Origin: Nitrospirales bacterium
GTDB taxonomy: Bacteria; Nitrospirota; Nitrospiria; Nitrospirales; UBA8639
Direction: 5' to 3'
DNA: 64,000 bases
NCBI GenBank assembly: GCA_965203295.1
Contig: CBDBCZ010000014.1
Span: 320,001-384,000, forward strand
Each line of letters begins with the position of its first letter. Position 1 is the stretch's first letter. A program made the position numbers and the translations under genes. The notes under the pieces were generated by a model. The model did no database searches and was not told the origin of the DNA. It saw only the letters and a program-made list of their open reading frames with translations. This document shows, piece after piece, positions 12,651 through 25,202 of this stretch.

Positions 12651-15479
12651 CTTTGGAAATCCATGGTGCAACTACTACATACTTTGTCGCTTGCAGTATG
12701 AAAAGTGTGGAAGGCCTGGAATATTTTATCGTGTGCATGACGTTGGGGGTAGAGAGACTTTAGTTGAACGTGGGTGAATGATAGCAATGCCTACGCAAAG
12801 CTGAATTATCGAGCCGCTCGAGCACGAGGTTCTTTGCGATTGAGAACAGTTGCAATTCTGGCAGTCTTTGCAAAAGGTAAGTGTAGAAAAACGGTTGATA
12901 AAAGCCTGGGAAGGGTATTTATTCTTCTGCTTACCGTACCATTGCCTGAATCTATGAAGTACCATACTGGCGCCCTTCATATTCCCTGATTGCACAGCCC
13001 GTATCCAGTGAAGTTAGACGCCTATCTGTGCTGCTGCGTCGGAAACTTCCTGTCAACACGATTTCTCTGACTGTTTTCGCTGGTAGATCATTGGATCGTG
13101 CGTGGAGACCGCCATTGCGGTTTTGTTTACCCGCATGCAATTAAGGTCTCTCTACCTTACGTAATATTCATGTGATAGAATCTACCAGGCTTTCCACCTT
13201 TTTTCGTGGAGAGCCTGACGAGGCTAAGATTCAGGCAGGTCTGAGAAACCAGAAATATTACTACGGCCTAAAGTTTTATTTGTCTATAACTCCTCACAGA
13301 TATGGCCGAACAGAACCTGGAGCCACCCCCTGCCAAGAGAGGTAAATATCAAGTATCAGTAGGTGCAATTACTGAGACCTGTAGATCCTACTATTGCTAG
13401 GTAAAGATTTGCAATATAAATGTTTGTCCGTCCGTCATGGACATGATGTCTTGTAATCGCTTGCGATTGTATGGGAGTATGCGAGAGGTCCGCTACGTCA
13501 TCTAGTCTTCCTGACCTCTATATAGCTCTACTTGACTTCAGCCTGCAGCTTGGATAACTTGGCGAGTAGTTCTAGTGTGCCTTTGGGGGGAGAGGCTATG
13601 CCCGAACCTGGTGATTGTGATTGCCAGTTGCACAAGGATATCGTGCACTGGAGGGACAACTATTATTGGCAGGGTGCGCTGACCACAGGAGGGCTGATCG
13701 AGATCGACAGAGTACATGGATATGCTATACACACACACTTCTAGATATTATTACCATTCAACTGTGCTACTGTAGCAAAGGTGAAATGAGCAAAGTGAGT
13801 CAAGCTTGACTAACTGTCCAGGCAATGGGGACACTGTCTGCAGGAGGGCTGCTTGAGCTCGACAAAGCTACTGTTTAAAAATTCGATAGCTAAGTCGAGT
13901 GACCTGGGTGCGAGTAAAGCAAGTCGCTGAAGTGAGCAAAGCGAGCCAGCTACGTACTTGTAATTTGTGTACTGAAAGTTGCAATCAGTAAAAAGGTGTA
14001 CGTACGGTCCAGTAGGACGTACATATTATGCATTCATTTTGACTCCATTCCATATTGTAGGCGTACCTTCACGTAATACTATTGCGCAATGAAATTAGTG
14101 CCATGTGTACAGTACGATGACAGTTCGTACTACTGTTTTTTTTGTTTAGTTTGGATTCAAGTGTGAATAGAAGCAGAGTATCTGCGATAGAAGAAGAATG
14201 GCTCGATGTCTTTTTTGCACCACGAGGCGTTACCGTAATTATGGTGGTCCAATATTTTGTAACAGTAAATTGCATACTATGCTGTAGCACTACGCGTACT
14301 TCTTGTGTAAATCATGTGTACTTCGGGCTTCCATACCAGAGTACTGCGCGAGCACTATTGGCATGATACTTAATCTTTTGTTGACCACAACTGTATTACT
14401 GTATTCTTGCCTGCAGTGGCGAGAGAGGAGTCGCCGGACCTCGATCCAGTCATTATTGTTCGATTCTACAACAATGACGAAATAAGGGACGTGTGTGCAT
14501 CATCCCCATTAGGGATGCGGCAGGAAGTGAGTGCTAGATGCAGTACTTACAAATTATCTACAGGGTTTTTACCCTGCACCCCCTATGTATGTGGAGGCAG
14601 GGTTAAGCAATTGAGTTACATCACATAGGTGTGGTAAGCCTCGTGGGTGTTTCTCTTGTGGAATGGTTACTGATGAGTGTGCATGTACTATGCACCTATA
14701 TCATGGAGTACGGTATTCCATATGTAGGGATGGCACGGGAAAAAAATGGCGCCCCCATATAAAGCGTACAAAATCATACGCTCAGAACTCGGCTCTGATT
14801 ATAGTCATAGGCTTTTATGAGCCATATCATGACATCTCGAGTGTTTTTAAATTACGCTTGCTATCTCAAATCTGAGTATGCGAAGTGCACCACGTAAGGT
14901 ACGTCACACTGGTCTTAGCAGGCACAATCCACACCCGCAGCGCTGCAGCTGCTACACGACTGAAGCAGGTCAGTATTATGTCTCATGAATTATTAATAAC
15001 ACACCGACAAGGTAGAGATGTAGTCTCGCGGGGCCAGACTCTCGACGTAAAGTTAGAGTCTGCGGTACAGCACCTAATTGTCGCCCACCGATGAACCTCA
15101 ATTATCCGCCACTGATTTGGGGCATATTCTTATTATCCAATTGTGTTTTAGGAAAGTAGATTCTCGAAGTGTGATGTGTGTGCAGCCATCAAAGTAGCCC
15201 GAGAGAGGACCCTCAACCCCACTGTGAGAAGGTGGCTCAGTGAAATTCTGGATGAACACATACAACTGGAGAAGTAAGCTTTGTAGATGTGTTATCACAC
15301 TACACAGACATTCACTTCACATTATAATATGTTGATGACAGCTGTGACGTACCGTCTAGCGGGTAATTTTCGTGGGGTGAAAATTTTCATTAATTTCGGG
15401 GAGAGCATAAAAGTTACGAAATTTGGCACTCACAAATATTAGCGCTGTAGCCTAAGGCTCCGACTGCCACAGCAAAGGG

Positions 15480-15808
15480 ATCGGCATGGTTGCCATACAT
15501 GTCCAGTGTTGCCTACAACTGTCCAGGATTCTTCAGACAGTCTGAGATATTCCTATCAGGCTTGGGAGGACCTGGGGTCCCAAAGGACATTCCCTAAATA
15601 TCCCATACTCTCCTTGTTTGTCCCATGTATACACAGACTTCTCCACACATCCCAGGATTCTTCATGAATGTCCCAAGTACATATAGCACTCCACACACTG
15701 TTGGGAGAATTGGGAGGATCCCAAAGGCTATCCCAGGACCGGGGGGAGAATCTGAAGAGCAACGTTGGAGCCGGATTGCCCAGAAGACACTAAATCCCAG
15801 GTGTAGGG
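15480..15808. repeat. Degenerate TCCCA/GGAT motif array, probable EnSpm-like element end
   Basis: Dense tccca/ccaggat/tggga motifs ending ...gtgtaggg. Confidence 0.45.
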
Positions 15809-15853
15809 CTCTGAGGGGTTCGAGTGCGTGATTCTCAGAACAGTCTTCAGCCT

Positions 15854-16153
15854 GCCTGAACACTCCAGTTGCTTGTACCCCGTTGGCATTAGCCTGAACA
15901 CTCCAGTTGCTTGTACCCTGTTGGCATTAGCCTGAACACTCCAGTTGCTTATACCCTGTTGGCATTAGCCTGAACACTCCAGTTGCTTGTACCCTGTTGG
16001 CATTAGCCTGAACACTCCAGTTGCTTGTACCCTGTTGGCATTAGCCTGAACACTCCAGTTGCTTGTACCCTGTTGGCATTAGCCTGAACACTCCAGTTGC
16101 TTGTACCCTGTTGGCATTAGCCTGAACACTCCAGTTGCTTGTACCCTGTTGGC
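15854..16153. repeat. 38-bp minisatellite, ~8 copies
   Basis: gcctgaacactccagttgcttgtaccctgttggcatta, period 38, head-to-tail with no spacers. Confidence 0.97.
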
Positions 16154-16339
16154 CTTTCAAGTTCTTTCGTGAAATGGTTATAATCAGAATGAAAAGCACT
16201 AAAGTCTAAAAGGGAGACGGAAGGGAAAAAAAAAGAAGCAGTGCAAACAGATGTTCACTCAGCCACCACCAGGCCAGGTGGGGGTGCAGATGCAGACTTG
16301 TGATTTCACTTCAGTTCAGCTTGCTAGTCGGATCTCCGC

Positions 16340-16592
16340 TGTTACGCGTGCGCGTACGTATAATTCTAATACGCGCGGCGTGCGCACGTACGTATACTTG
16401 CGTAGACAGTTCGCGTACGAATAATTATACACGTACGCACATGCGTAAATTACGAGCGCTGTTCTACGCGTGTTTACGGACGAAATGTGCGCATTATGCG
16501 CAAAGTTTTACGCAATTCAGTACAATAGCGTTTACGTAACCACGCTTATATTCACGTGCGAGCGCACATTAGCGTTAACTTTTTCGCACGGG
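16340..16592. mobile_element. Orphan right end of a CCCGTG-type EnSpm-like element with a CpG-rich motif array
   Basis: Ends gcacattagcgttaactttttcgcacggg, homologous to 31451-31493. Confidence 0.7.
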
Positions 16593-17634
16593 GGTTGGAA
16601 GTGTGCTAGCCATACCACCCAATCCTGATTTAGCGTCACAGATTACTGTCCAGTGGATGGCACCAGAGAAAGCACCTCACAAGTCAAAGTGGCTTAGATT
16701 CTTTAAGCCCACAGAATCAACTGGGACTATTTCTTTTGCTGACATTGTGCTGTACAATTTTAATCTTTTCAAATTATCGTGATCACCCCATTTGTTACAC
16801 CTATAGCAATATCCGTAATAATGTTACTTCAACAAACTTGTGGTCAAATACTAGTGCTTTTGATGCTACCACCTGGAGTTTGTAGCTGACAGTTCTTCTT
16901 GGTGTGAATTCTGGATGGTTCACATCAAAAGAAAAGAAAAGAAAAGGCACGGAATTTCGCCGGTTTTACAGGAATTCCAAAGAAATTCTTATTATTTGCA
17001 GCATTGTAACAGAGCCCCACAGCTCCGTTCTATTCTGTTCTATCAAGCAATATGCCCACCTGTTAATTAACGAACTCTTTCTCCCATACATGTGTACACT
17101 CCCCCCTTTCTGGGAGGAAACATAGGTGCCCAAAGAGGAAAACAAAGTGTAAGTGAACAAGGGTTTTTGTTGTTTTTTTTCCTGGCATGTACTGAACATG
17201 TACAGTGCAGGAAAACTTCCTTCACTTGTCCCTTTTTGGTTCAGTTTGACAGTGCATACATCACTTCTGAGGTGGGGTAGTGCCGGAAAACTTCCTACAC
17301 ATAACTTGTGATTTTCTTTTCTTATTTCCTTTGGAATATGTTCCTGGTGGCCTCAGAGTTAGGGGTAGGAGGCAGCAGGTATGCCTTACAGGGAATGGGT
17401 AGGGATGTAGACCATGCTCTCTTCCGGGAGTCGGATTTCCTATACATGATCCCTGAGGAGTTAGGCAATTCAGTAAAGGTACAGTAAGTAGGCCTGCTAT
17501 AGTTTTCAGAGCTTTTATGATACCAGATCTACACTCCAGAAAGGGGATTACCTAAATCCATCGAAGGTACCTACATTGTGAACTCTTCAAGAGAAGAAAG
17601 CTTTCTGAGAGAGTAAAGAAATCCCGAAAAATCG

Positions 17635-17708
17635 GGACCCAGCTGGGGATTGAACCCAGGACTTTCTGAATACTAGTCAGATGCTCTTACCAATTGAGCT
17701 ACTGGAGC
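17635..17708 (-). tRNA. tRNA-Thr(AGT)-like sequence (tRNA-derived repeat or pseudo-tRNA), copy 1
   Basis: D arm gctc/gagc, anticodon arm tctga-ctAGTat-tcaga, T arm ctggg-ttcaatc-cccag, one acceptor-stem mismatch. Upstream TATATAAA, downstream TTTTT. Confidence 0.7.
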
Positions 17709-17988
17709 CCCCTTGGCAGAGGAGCAGTAGGCAAGCTTTATATAGCCACTTAACCTGCTAGTAGCACTTGCCAGTAGGACCCAGCCAATTCCAACTGTAA
17801 TTACTCTCTCATTATAGGCCTCTCCCCCATCTAAACACGAGAAACGTGCTACACCCAAACTTAGCCTGGATCAGTCTGCCGGGGTAATTAAACCACCAAA
17901 GACACAGAACTGAAAACTAAGTACGCACATTGTGAACTCTTCAAGAGAAGAAAGCTTTCTGAGAGAGTAAAGAAATCCCGAAAAATCG

Positions 17989-18062
17989 GGACCCAGCTGG
18001 GGATTGAACCCAGGACCTTCTGAATACTAGTCAGATGCTCTTACCAATTGAGCTACTGGAGC
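17989..18062 (-). tRNA. tRNA-Thr(AGT)-like sequence, copy 2
   Basis: Same cloverleaf as copy 1, with variable loop aggtc. Confidence 0.7.
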
Positions 18063-18283
18063 CCCCTTGGCAGAGGAGCAGTAGGCAAGCTTTATATAGC
18101 CACTAAACCTGCTAGTAGCACTTGCCAGTAGGACCCAGCCAATTCCAACTGTAATTACTCTCTCTACGGCTCATGTGGGAAGTCCAACTCCCAGAAGAGG
18201 GTGGGTCTTAGGGTAGGGTTAAAGATAGGACAGGAGGTGGCATGAGATATTCAAAGCCCACTCAGTTAGAGGTGCTTCTACGT

Positions 18284-18900
18284 TAGTCTCGTACCCAGAC
18301 CCTTCCCTCCCACCATGAAAACTGGCAACTTTTGACGCGTTTGCGTGTGCTCTGTAGGAAGTCTACAGAGCCAATTATTTGCAGAATGTCATGGGATTGC
18401 ACGTAAAGAATGCAATTATTGAAATCATAGATAATATATCTATGCTGAAATGCTCCACGTGCGAATGCAAAGGCTACTACTTACAAGGAGTACGCTACCT
18501 CTCTGCGATCAAAGTAGCTGCCAGGCGGCAGGGGTACCAGCTATGGCCGAAACGGGAAGAAGCCGTCGTGAGTATTGTAAGCGGTCGGGATGTGTTTGTG
18601 TTGGAAGCCGCTACCATACCCAGAGCAAGTAACAAGCGTCCTCAGCTCCTTCCGTGCGTAGCTAGATGATGGACTGTATAGTCGCCTGCGTTTTGTCGAT
18701 GGTGCGCCTCTGAATGCAACAATTGCACTTGCACAGTTTGAATAATTGAATTCCATACTCGTGACATGTGACGTATTTGCTGAGTCAGCACATTCCAGCC
18801 GCACGTAAGCAGTCAACAAAAGAAACCAGACTGTTTCTTTCTGTGCCGGATACTGTAAGCGATCCGGTGCTGGGTTGATTAGGTCTGGCTTACGAGACTA
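18284..18900 (+). mobile_element. Non-autonomous AcademH derivative with a RecQ helicase N-terminal remnant
   Basis: TAGTCTCGTA...TACGAGACTA ends, perfect 9-bp TSD cttctacgt. Internal GYQLWPKREEAVVSIVSGRDVFVL resembles RecQ motifs 0/I. Confidence 0.88.
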
Positions 18901-19699
18901 CTTCTACGTCAGCTCCAGCCTTGTTTGCAGTCCCGCAATTTTTTTGATTATACAAAAGGGAAAATCACAGGGCCTGGTATCTAAAGTCAGGTGACCAAAT
19001 TACAATGTACATCACTATCCTGTTCAAAAGACGGCTGCGTCTCTCAGACTTTCAGTGGTCTGTGGCACAAACAGGCTGTAAAGTAAAGAACTGTAGGTCC
19101 GGTACCTTTACTCATTTGTCTGAGAATTGCAACACAATCTGAAGGGACCAAAACCAAACCCTTGACTAATGTTTTTTTGTACCCAACAGGCAATGGTTAC
19201 CAGACTACAGGGGGAGGGGAGGAAGGGGGAATACCTGAGGGGGGTATAGCAGAGCGGAAGTGATCAAAGAGTGTGATAAAGTGTGATAGCAGAATAGAGG
19301 TAAGAATACTAAATCAAGCTGTTCCCTAGTAATTATGTCCACAGAAAATTAAAACACAAAGTCTCGGAGTTAAAATGGACACTAGTCTTACTTTGCTCAT
19401 ACTGGCTAGACTGCACGGCTCTCTGCACTGGCACGGACGTACACATCTTTAGCTGCTTGAGAGGTGAGGATTATGTAGCAGTCGCCTCCGAAGTAATAGT
19501 CAGCAAAACCATCCCGTTCCTTGACCTCAAAAAGGTGAGCCCGGGACTCGAAGTACTTTCTGGTGAGGCAGGCATTGCACATTTGAGAACGCCAACTGAT
19601 CTTCTTGCTCTCTCGGAGGTCGCTCAGGAAGGCCATCCGGTTGTGCACAGATGTGCGCAACCTCACGCTGCCTGTCGCTCGACTACTAACGCTCACGTT

Positions 19700-20385
19700 G
19701 TTACGCAAACAGAACACCGCGAAAAGTATACCGTTACAGCGTACTTGCGCGTAGAACTTTACACGGGATATCTGCTGTAGGTCGAAAGAGCAATGATTCA
19801 TTGTCACCTGTCTATGTACCAAATGTCTTTTCTTTCACTACATCTCAAAAGAAAAGGGAAGCTGAGCAGTTTTAGAAGATATGAAGCAGCTAAGCGAAGG
19901 AGAGAGAGCAAGGACACGATTGAAGCCGCCAGTGCTTTGCTAGAAATTGGTTGCTCAACTGATCACAATCAGGAAGAAGCTATTGTGTACCCACCTAACA
20001 CAGTGTGTATTGGTACCCAGACTGACTTGACAACAGTGGACCTGGCTAATTTGAAAAACGACTACCAACAAAGAGTGAAAGACCTTTCAGAAGTACATGG
20101 TGCAAAAGGATATCCTAACCAAGATGGATGACGAAACACTCCTCCATTACTACACTGGTGTGAGCAGCTTCACTGTACTTACGGCTGTGTTTAACTTAGC
20201 ATCTGCTGCAATCCATGAGACTTCAGTAACCAAGCTTGCAAAATTCCAGTGCTTTATTCTCACATTGATGAAGCTGCGACTAAATGTGAGTAATTACGAT
20301 CTTGGCCTCTGGTTAGGCATAAGTACATCCACAGTGAGTGGAGTATTTTCAAGGTGGATTGAAGCCATGGACATTCGGCCACAAA
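19700..20385 (+). pseudogene. THAP + HTH transposase fragment (ISL2EU/Harbinger-related), frameshifted and truncated
   Basis: GRKSNDSLSPVYVPNVF (THAP C-terminus), YYTG, FILTLMKLRLNVSNYDLGLWLGISTSTVSGVFSRWI (HTH_Tnp_4-like). No DDE core. Confidence 0.75.
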
Positions 20386-21019
20386 AGGGCCGGCCACGCA
20401 ATGCGCAGTACGCAGTATAATTGCATTCCTAAGCGTGACACGTATGCTTGCTGAGATACTATGCAGGATTAGTTGCCTCGCGCTAAGGCGCTCGGCAATT
20501 ATGCTGCTGTCTACCCAACACAAGACGCTGCTACTGTGGATGAAAATCAGGCTACCGAGGGACATGAGGGAGGGAGCTGCTTACAAAGTGCAGCAGACTG
20601 CCAGGGTAAGTGAAATGATGATGTATTACTTAGACTTATACATGTACGTAATTACTTGTCGTTGCATAAATGCAGGAATTGCAGAATCCCAAGCTATCAC
20701 CTGATCTAGTTGATGGTGAATTAGCTGACTCACATACAGTGTGTAATAAAGACATTGGATCAAAGCAGCAGCTTCAAAATTGGATACGTATGTGGCCGGT
20801 GATGTGGCCACCTTTTTATTGTGCGAAGAAGTGGCCACATTGATATGTGTCAACCACTGTATCAGTAAGTGGTTTGATGTAGTGTGTTTGATACCTACAT
20901 CTCAGAAATCTTTGCCCACGACTAAATGAGACTATTCCAAGCAGACGTTCAGTTTCTCTCTTCCGCTAACAAAAAAAACTCCCCTAGGTGCTAATTAGCT
21001 CCATAAAGTGTAGAGAAAC

Positions 21020-21590
21020 ATAGCCATCGGTCCCTCGTGTAATGATGACACAATAAATTTCCCTTCCTGCTGGTCAGAAGGTCTAGCTCAAGTCTTCCTG
21101 ATCGCCCTTACATGGTTGATCTCTGCCCTAGGGCATTTCAGTCGGGAGCAACGTAAAAATGTTGTGCTCTCATATGACAACATGTGCCGTGTGGATAATC
21201 TTCGTGGTGCACGAAAGCTCCTGCCCCTGCCTGGCGACCTCAGTCATATTAGGCTGGATATTAAGAAGATAATCGACTCACTGCACATAAAAAATCACAA
21301 GGACCAAAAGATGTCATGAACTGTATAATCCTGACAACCTGAAGCAAAGCCATCCTGAGATGAACACTATGTGTTGCAAGCAGATATCCTGAGATGAACA
21401 CTATGTGTTGCGAGCAGATATCCTGAGATGAACGCTATGTGTTGCAAGCAGATATTTGCCTGGCATGGCAGAACCAAAAAGATTGTTTGCATCATGGGGA
21501 AGTGTCATCATCATTTCTATCTGCATAGAATGGTCAAGAGAAGAAACAAGTATACAGGGTTTTGTTACCAGAACAATTGGTGTCCTATTT
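21020..21590 (+). pseudogene. KDZ (Kyakuja-Dileera-Zisupton)-like transposase C-terminal fragment
   Basis: SEG..YDNMC..IDSLHIKNH..C..YNP..NTMCC[E]QIFAW..HHHFYLHRMVKRRN, frameshifted. Confidence 0.6.
21352..21455. repeat. 34-bp tandem triplication inside the KDZ-like ORF
   Basis: atcctgagatgaacactatgtgttgcaagcagat three times, with minor variants. Confidence 0.9.
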
Positions 21591-22229
21591 AGTCTAGAAG
21601 GCCCGTGGTTAGCTTGAAATAATGTTCAGACTATTACATGTACATGTATTATATTATTGTGATATAATAATATAATATCCAGTATATTGACCATCTAGAT
21701 CTCCTACATAATGGAGCATGAATGATTTAAGGAACTCCTGAGGGAGGCAGCATCCCACAACTCATTGTGCCTAGCTCCGAGAGCACTTTCAACTTCAATT
21801 CCCTGTCCTGTCTCTAGTATGGCAATGCAGACGGAGATTACGTCACAGCTAAAATGCGCATGCGCAATAATGCAGATTCTGAACATGTGTAACCCCAGGT
21901 TACTGAACACACACTTGGACAATAGATAATGTTACTTGATGTATGTTCTGCCCTAAGTCTTGTTTATGATTTATGTATTAGTTGTCGGCTAGTCTGTTTT
22001 GTTAGGCCTTAGGGGCCATGCATTGTCTCTATTGCTATAAAAGTGCTGTCCTGTATGTCTGAAAAGGGAGAGAGAAGAAAGAGAACTAAGTGCTGCTGAA
22101 AAGAGAAATAATTGTTGCTGTGAAAGAGACGTTCACTGCATGTGCGATCGCAGAGCGAGAACCCGGCCACAACACATGCAAAGTCTGGAACTGGTACGAA
22201 TCAGAGGTGTGTAACTCCACGCCTTCCTT

Positions 22230-22960
22230 TTTGCCACCTCCTTGCAAAGTGCAGTTTGTCTCTCCTAAGTTCTCTTTGCGTGCGATCACAGTAGATCATG
22301 GGGAGACAGTTGGTTTGAGAGCAGGATGCCTGTATCACAGTGACATCGTCGCCGGGCCTCATCGTGGTCGATGGTGAGATTGGCGTTATGAAGAAGGGAA
22401 GCTTTTTTGCTCACACGAACTTCGTTTTTGAGGTTACCTGCGTCGTTTATTCCCCTGATGGAGTCAGTATACCTATGAACGGACATCTCTATAGGATTCG
22501 TACTAAGGAGGGAGTGGAGAGGTTGGTTGATGTGGTTTTATATAGTATTAATGTTATAGCTGTTACAATAGGTGTACATAATTATGATTACAGAGCATTT
22601 GCAAGGGCTGTGTTAAATTAGAAGGGATGCATTACATCTAGTGCTGATTCTTTCTTTCCTCTAGAGAGAGCTTCATCGGCAGTGAAGACGCTTCATGTCT
22701 GAGAGCATTCACACGGATTGCTGGTTGCACCTTGAAAGGTACGTGTTCGTGTAGTGATGCTATGTGGGGGCAGTATAATAGCAGCTGTTATTGGGGTGAG
22801 CTTTTGGACTTACGTTCTGCTAGATTAGAATGCCTATTCCTCTTATGCAGGAATGCCCAAGCTTTCGAAGAAGTGCTGGATATTGCTCCAAAGTTTTGGT
22901 GTGTTCAGTTGGCCGGCAACCAAACACCGATACCTGGGTACTTGGACCAGATGTGCAGAT
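22230..22960 (-). pseudogene. Possible heavily degenerate Penelope-like RT thumb/linker
   Basis: Fragments SPKAHPNNSCYYTAPT..HH and HPALKP..STVIARKENLGE, with many stops. Confidence 0.35.
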
Positions 22961-23239
22961 TGATGGCCAAGGCATGCTGATACCTCTACATCAACACAGA
23001 AGGCTGAAAAAAAACTTTTACTGTAATGACTGTTATTAATATTGATTTCTTTATGCATATACATAAATCTTGTATAGCTGCTATTATTAACTACATGTAC
23101 TTTATGGATTTTTTCACATAACTTGTAGCTGTTAAATCACTATCAAGATGTCAGTACTTTAATACTGAACCGAGATGTTTTTTAAAGAAAGTTGGGGAGT
23201 AACGAGGCTAATGGTGAGTATGATTAACCACTGAAACAG

Positions 23240-23429
23240 TCTGCAATCAAAACCACCGAAACCATCAAACCACCTAAACCATCGCAACCTTCAGTCAATA
23301 CCATTGTAACCATTAAAATCTCCAAAACCTCCAAAACCATCGCAACCTTCAGTTTCAAACATCAAAATCATCAAAACCTTTCATCAAACCTCCAAAACCA
23401 TGTACACCCATCTTGCCAACAGGTAAGGG
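23240..23429. repeat. Degenerate AAACCATC motif array, probable EnSpm-like end
   Basis: More than 10 aaacc(a/t)tc-like units terminating in ...ggtaaggg. Confidence 0.55.
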
Positions 23430-25200
23430 AGTCCTAAGGTGATCTTGGAGTTGAAGCCAGGTGCACTGGTAGCCAAGCTGAATATCAAACACGCCTACCG
23501 GAATGTGCTGATGCACTCACAAGATTGATGGTTACTCAGCATGCAGTGGCAAGGCCAGTATTATATTGATACAGTGCTCCCATGCGGACTACGGTCGGCC
23601 TCCAAGATATTTTGTGCTATCTGAGATGGTGTGGAGTGGATTCTGCTCCAGTGGGAGTGGCTCACGTAGTTGAGTACATGCATTATTTCCTGGTGGCAGG
23701 GCCAGTGGACGCACCCACATACCAAGACAGCGTGACCGAGATGCACACCCTATGCAGGGAGCTAGGGCTTCCTCTTGAAATGGACAAAGCCCCTTTTTGG
23801 GGATCATGCTGGATTCTGAGGCTATGCAAATTTGCCTCACCTGGCGAAGTTGCATGGATTGCAGGTTGAGCTGGAGCGGTGGAGCGAAAGGAAGGCCTAC
23901 AGGAAGAGAGAGCTGTTGTCACTCATTGGACGAGTGGAAGGTGGTTCCAGCCAGCAGGTCATTTATGCAGTGCATGATCAGTCTGTCAACAAGAGCGCAA
24001 TTACTGGAACATTGTGATACGGCTCGATGCTGGCTTTCACTCTGACCTGGCATGGTGGATAGGCCTGAGCTAATTATTCACTCAAACTTGCCTATTATTC
24101 AAATTCTTTGTTCTTGCCTTTCTTCCCTATTATTCAAGTGACCCAACCCAATCACTCAAATGATTATGACCTAAATATTCAACTTGAAGGAAGTTTTGGT
24201 GGTGGTGTTCGATGCAAAACCTTACACACACATCCTTCTTACGTTTATATGTAAGATCGGAGGCTTTTGGGGCCTTTAGTGCCTCTAGGAACAATACAGG
24301 GTTGATGATATAGCTAGCCTGATTCTGGGATACAGCCTCTTTCTCCATCAGTACTGAGTCATTGACCCATGCGGTGCGGTTCAAAGGTCACGCCTAAATG
24401 GTAAAGTGTGCTTGAACAAACCAAATTTTTGCTTTTCTTACCGATTATTCAACATTTCGAAAATCGGCCCTATTATTCAAAATTTTATTCGCAAATAATT
24501 AGCTCAGGCCTAATGGTGGCGGTTGTTTTAGGGGCACTGGAACGGAAGACTCGGTGTTGTCCGCTAGATTTGTCCAAGTCAACCCTGGCACCACGGTGTT
24601 CACTGATGCCTCCGGGAGGGGGTGCGGTGGCCAATGGGGGGATGAGTGGTTTCAGTTTGAATGGCCTAGAGAATGGGCCGAGAAATCCATTGCCTTGAAG
24701 GAGTTGGTACCGGTGGTTATGGCATGTGCCATGTGGGGGCGTCAGTGGGGCCAACGATGGGTGCGCATTCGCACTGACAATAGGTCGGTGGTTGATGTAA
24801 TGCACAGCTACTCGAGCCAAGACTCAGATATCATGCACCTCTTGAGGTGTGCATTGTTTATTGCCGCATGTCAGCTGCGGGTGGAGCACATTCCGGGAGT
24901 CCTGAACACTGCTGCTGATGCCCTGTCCCGTAACTCCCTACAGGTGTTCCGGCAGTGTGTCCCCTCAGCCTCCAAGCAGCCCACGCCCATCCCTACGGCA
25001 GCCATGCAGATGCTGGTGCAGGAGCAGCTAGACTGGCTCTCTCCCTCGTGGAGGAACATGCTGACTGCTATCTGAAGAGGGGCATAGCACCAACCACAGC
25101 AAGGTCTTACAGAACAGCCCAGTCCCGCTACTTGCTATTCTGCCCCTGATTTGGCCTGTTATTTTTGCCTGCATCAGAGCAAACCCTCATCGTGTTTGTA
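23430..25200 (+). mobile_element. Decayed DIRS/Ngaro tyrosine-recombinase retrotransposon (RT, RNase H, start of YR)
   Basis: GALVAKLNIKHAYRNV..YIDTVLP (RT), VFTDASGRGCG..SIALKELVPVV..TDNRSVV..HIPGVLNTAADALSRN (RNase H), GIAPTTARSYRTAQSRY..PASEQTL (YR N-terminus). Confidence 0.88.
24060..24512. mobile_element. hAT-type MITE inserted in the DIRS pol
   Basis: TIR taggcctgagctaattatt / aataattagctcaggccta. 8-bp flanks atggtgga / atggtggc. Confidence 0.85.
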
Positions 25201-25202
25201 CC

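Larger units (their letters stand above)
17573..18164. repeat. Two 238-bp direct repeats (17573-17810, 17927-18164) with a 116-bp spacer
   Basis: Two mismatches seen between copies. Each contains a tRNA-like sequence. Confidence 0.95.

Noticed and set aside
10588..13226. One large Academ element from tagcctc... to ...cgaggcta
   Set aside because: The flanking 9-mers do not match, so these are probably independent orphan ends.
13301..13341. Possible first exon MAEQNLEPPPAKR|gt
   Set aside because: Too short, and no supportable downstream exons found.
15854..16153. 38-bp repeats as a CRISPR array
   Set aside because: Head-to-tail units with no unique spacers, no cas genes, eukaryotic context.
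19406..19822. 138-aa minus-strand ORF as the ISL2EU companion exonuclease/SWIM gene
   Set aside because: Position is plausible but no diagnostic motif is recognisable.
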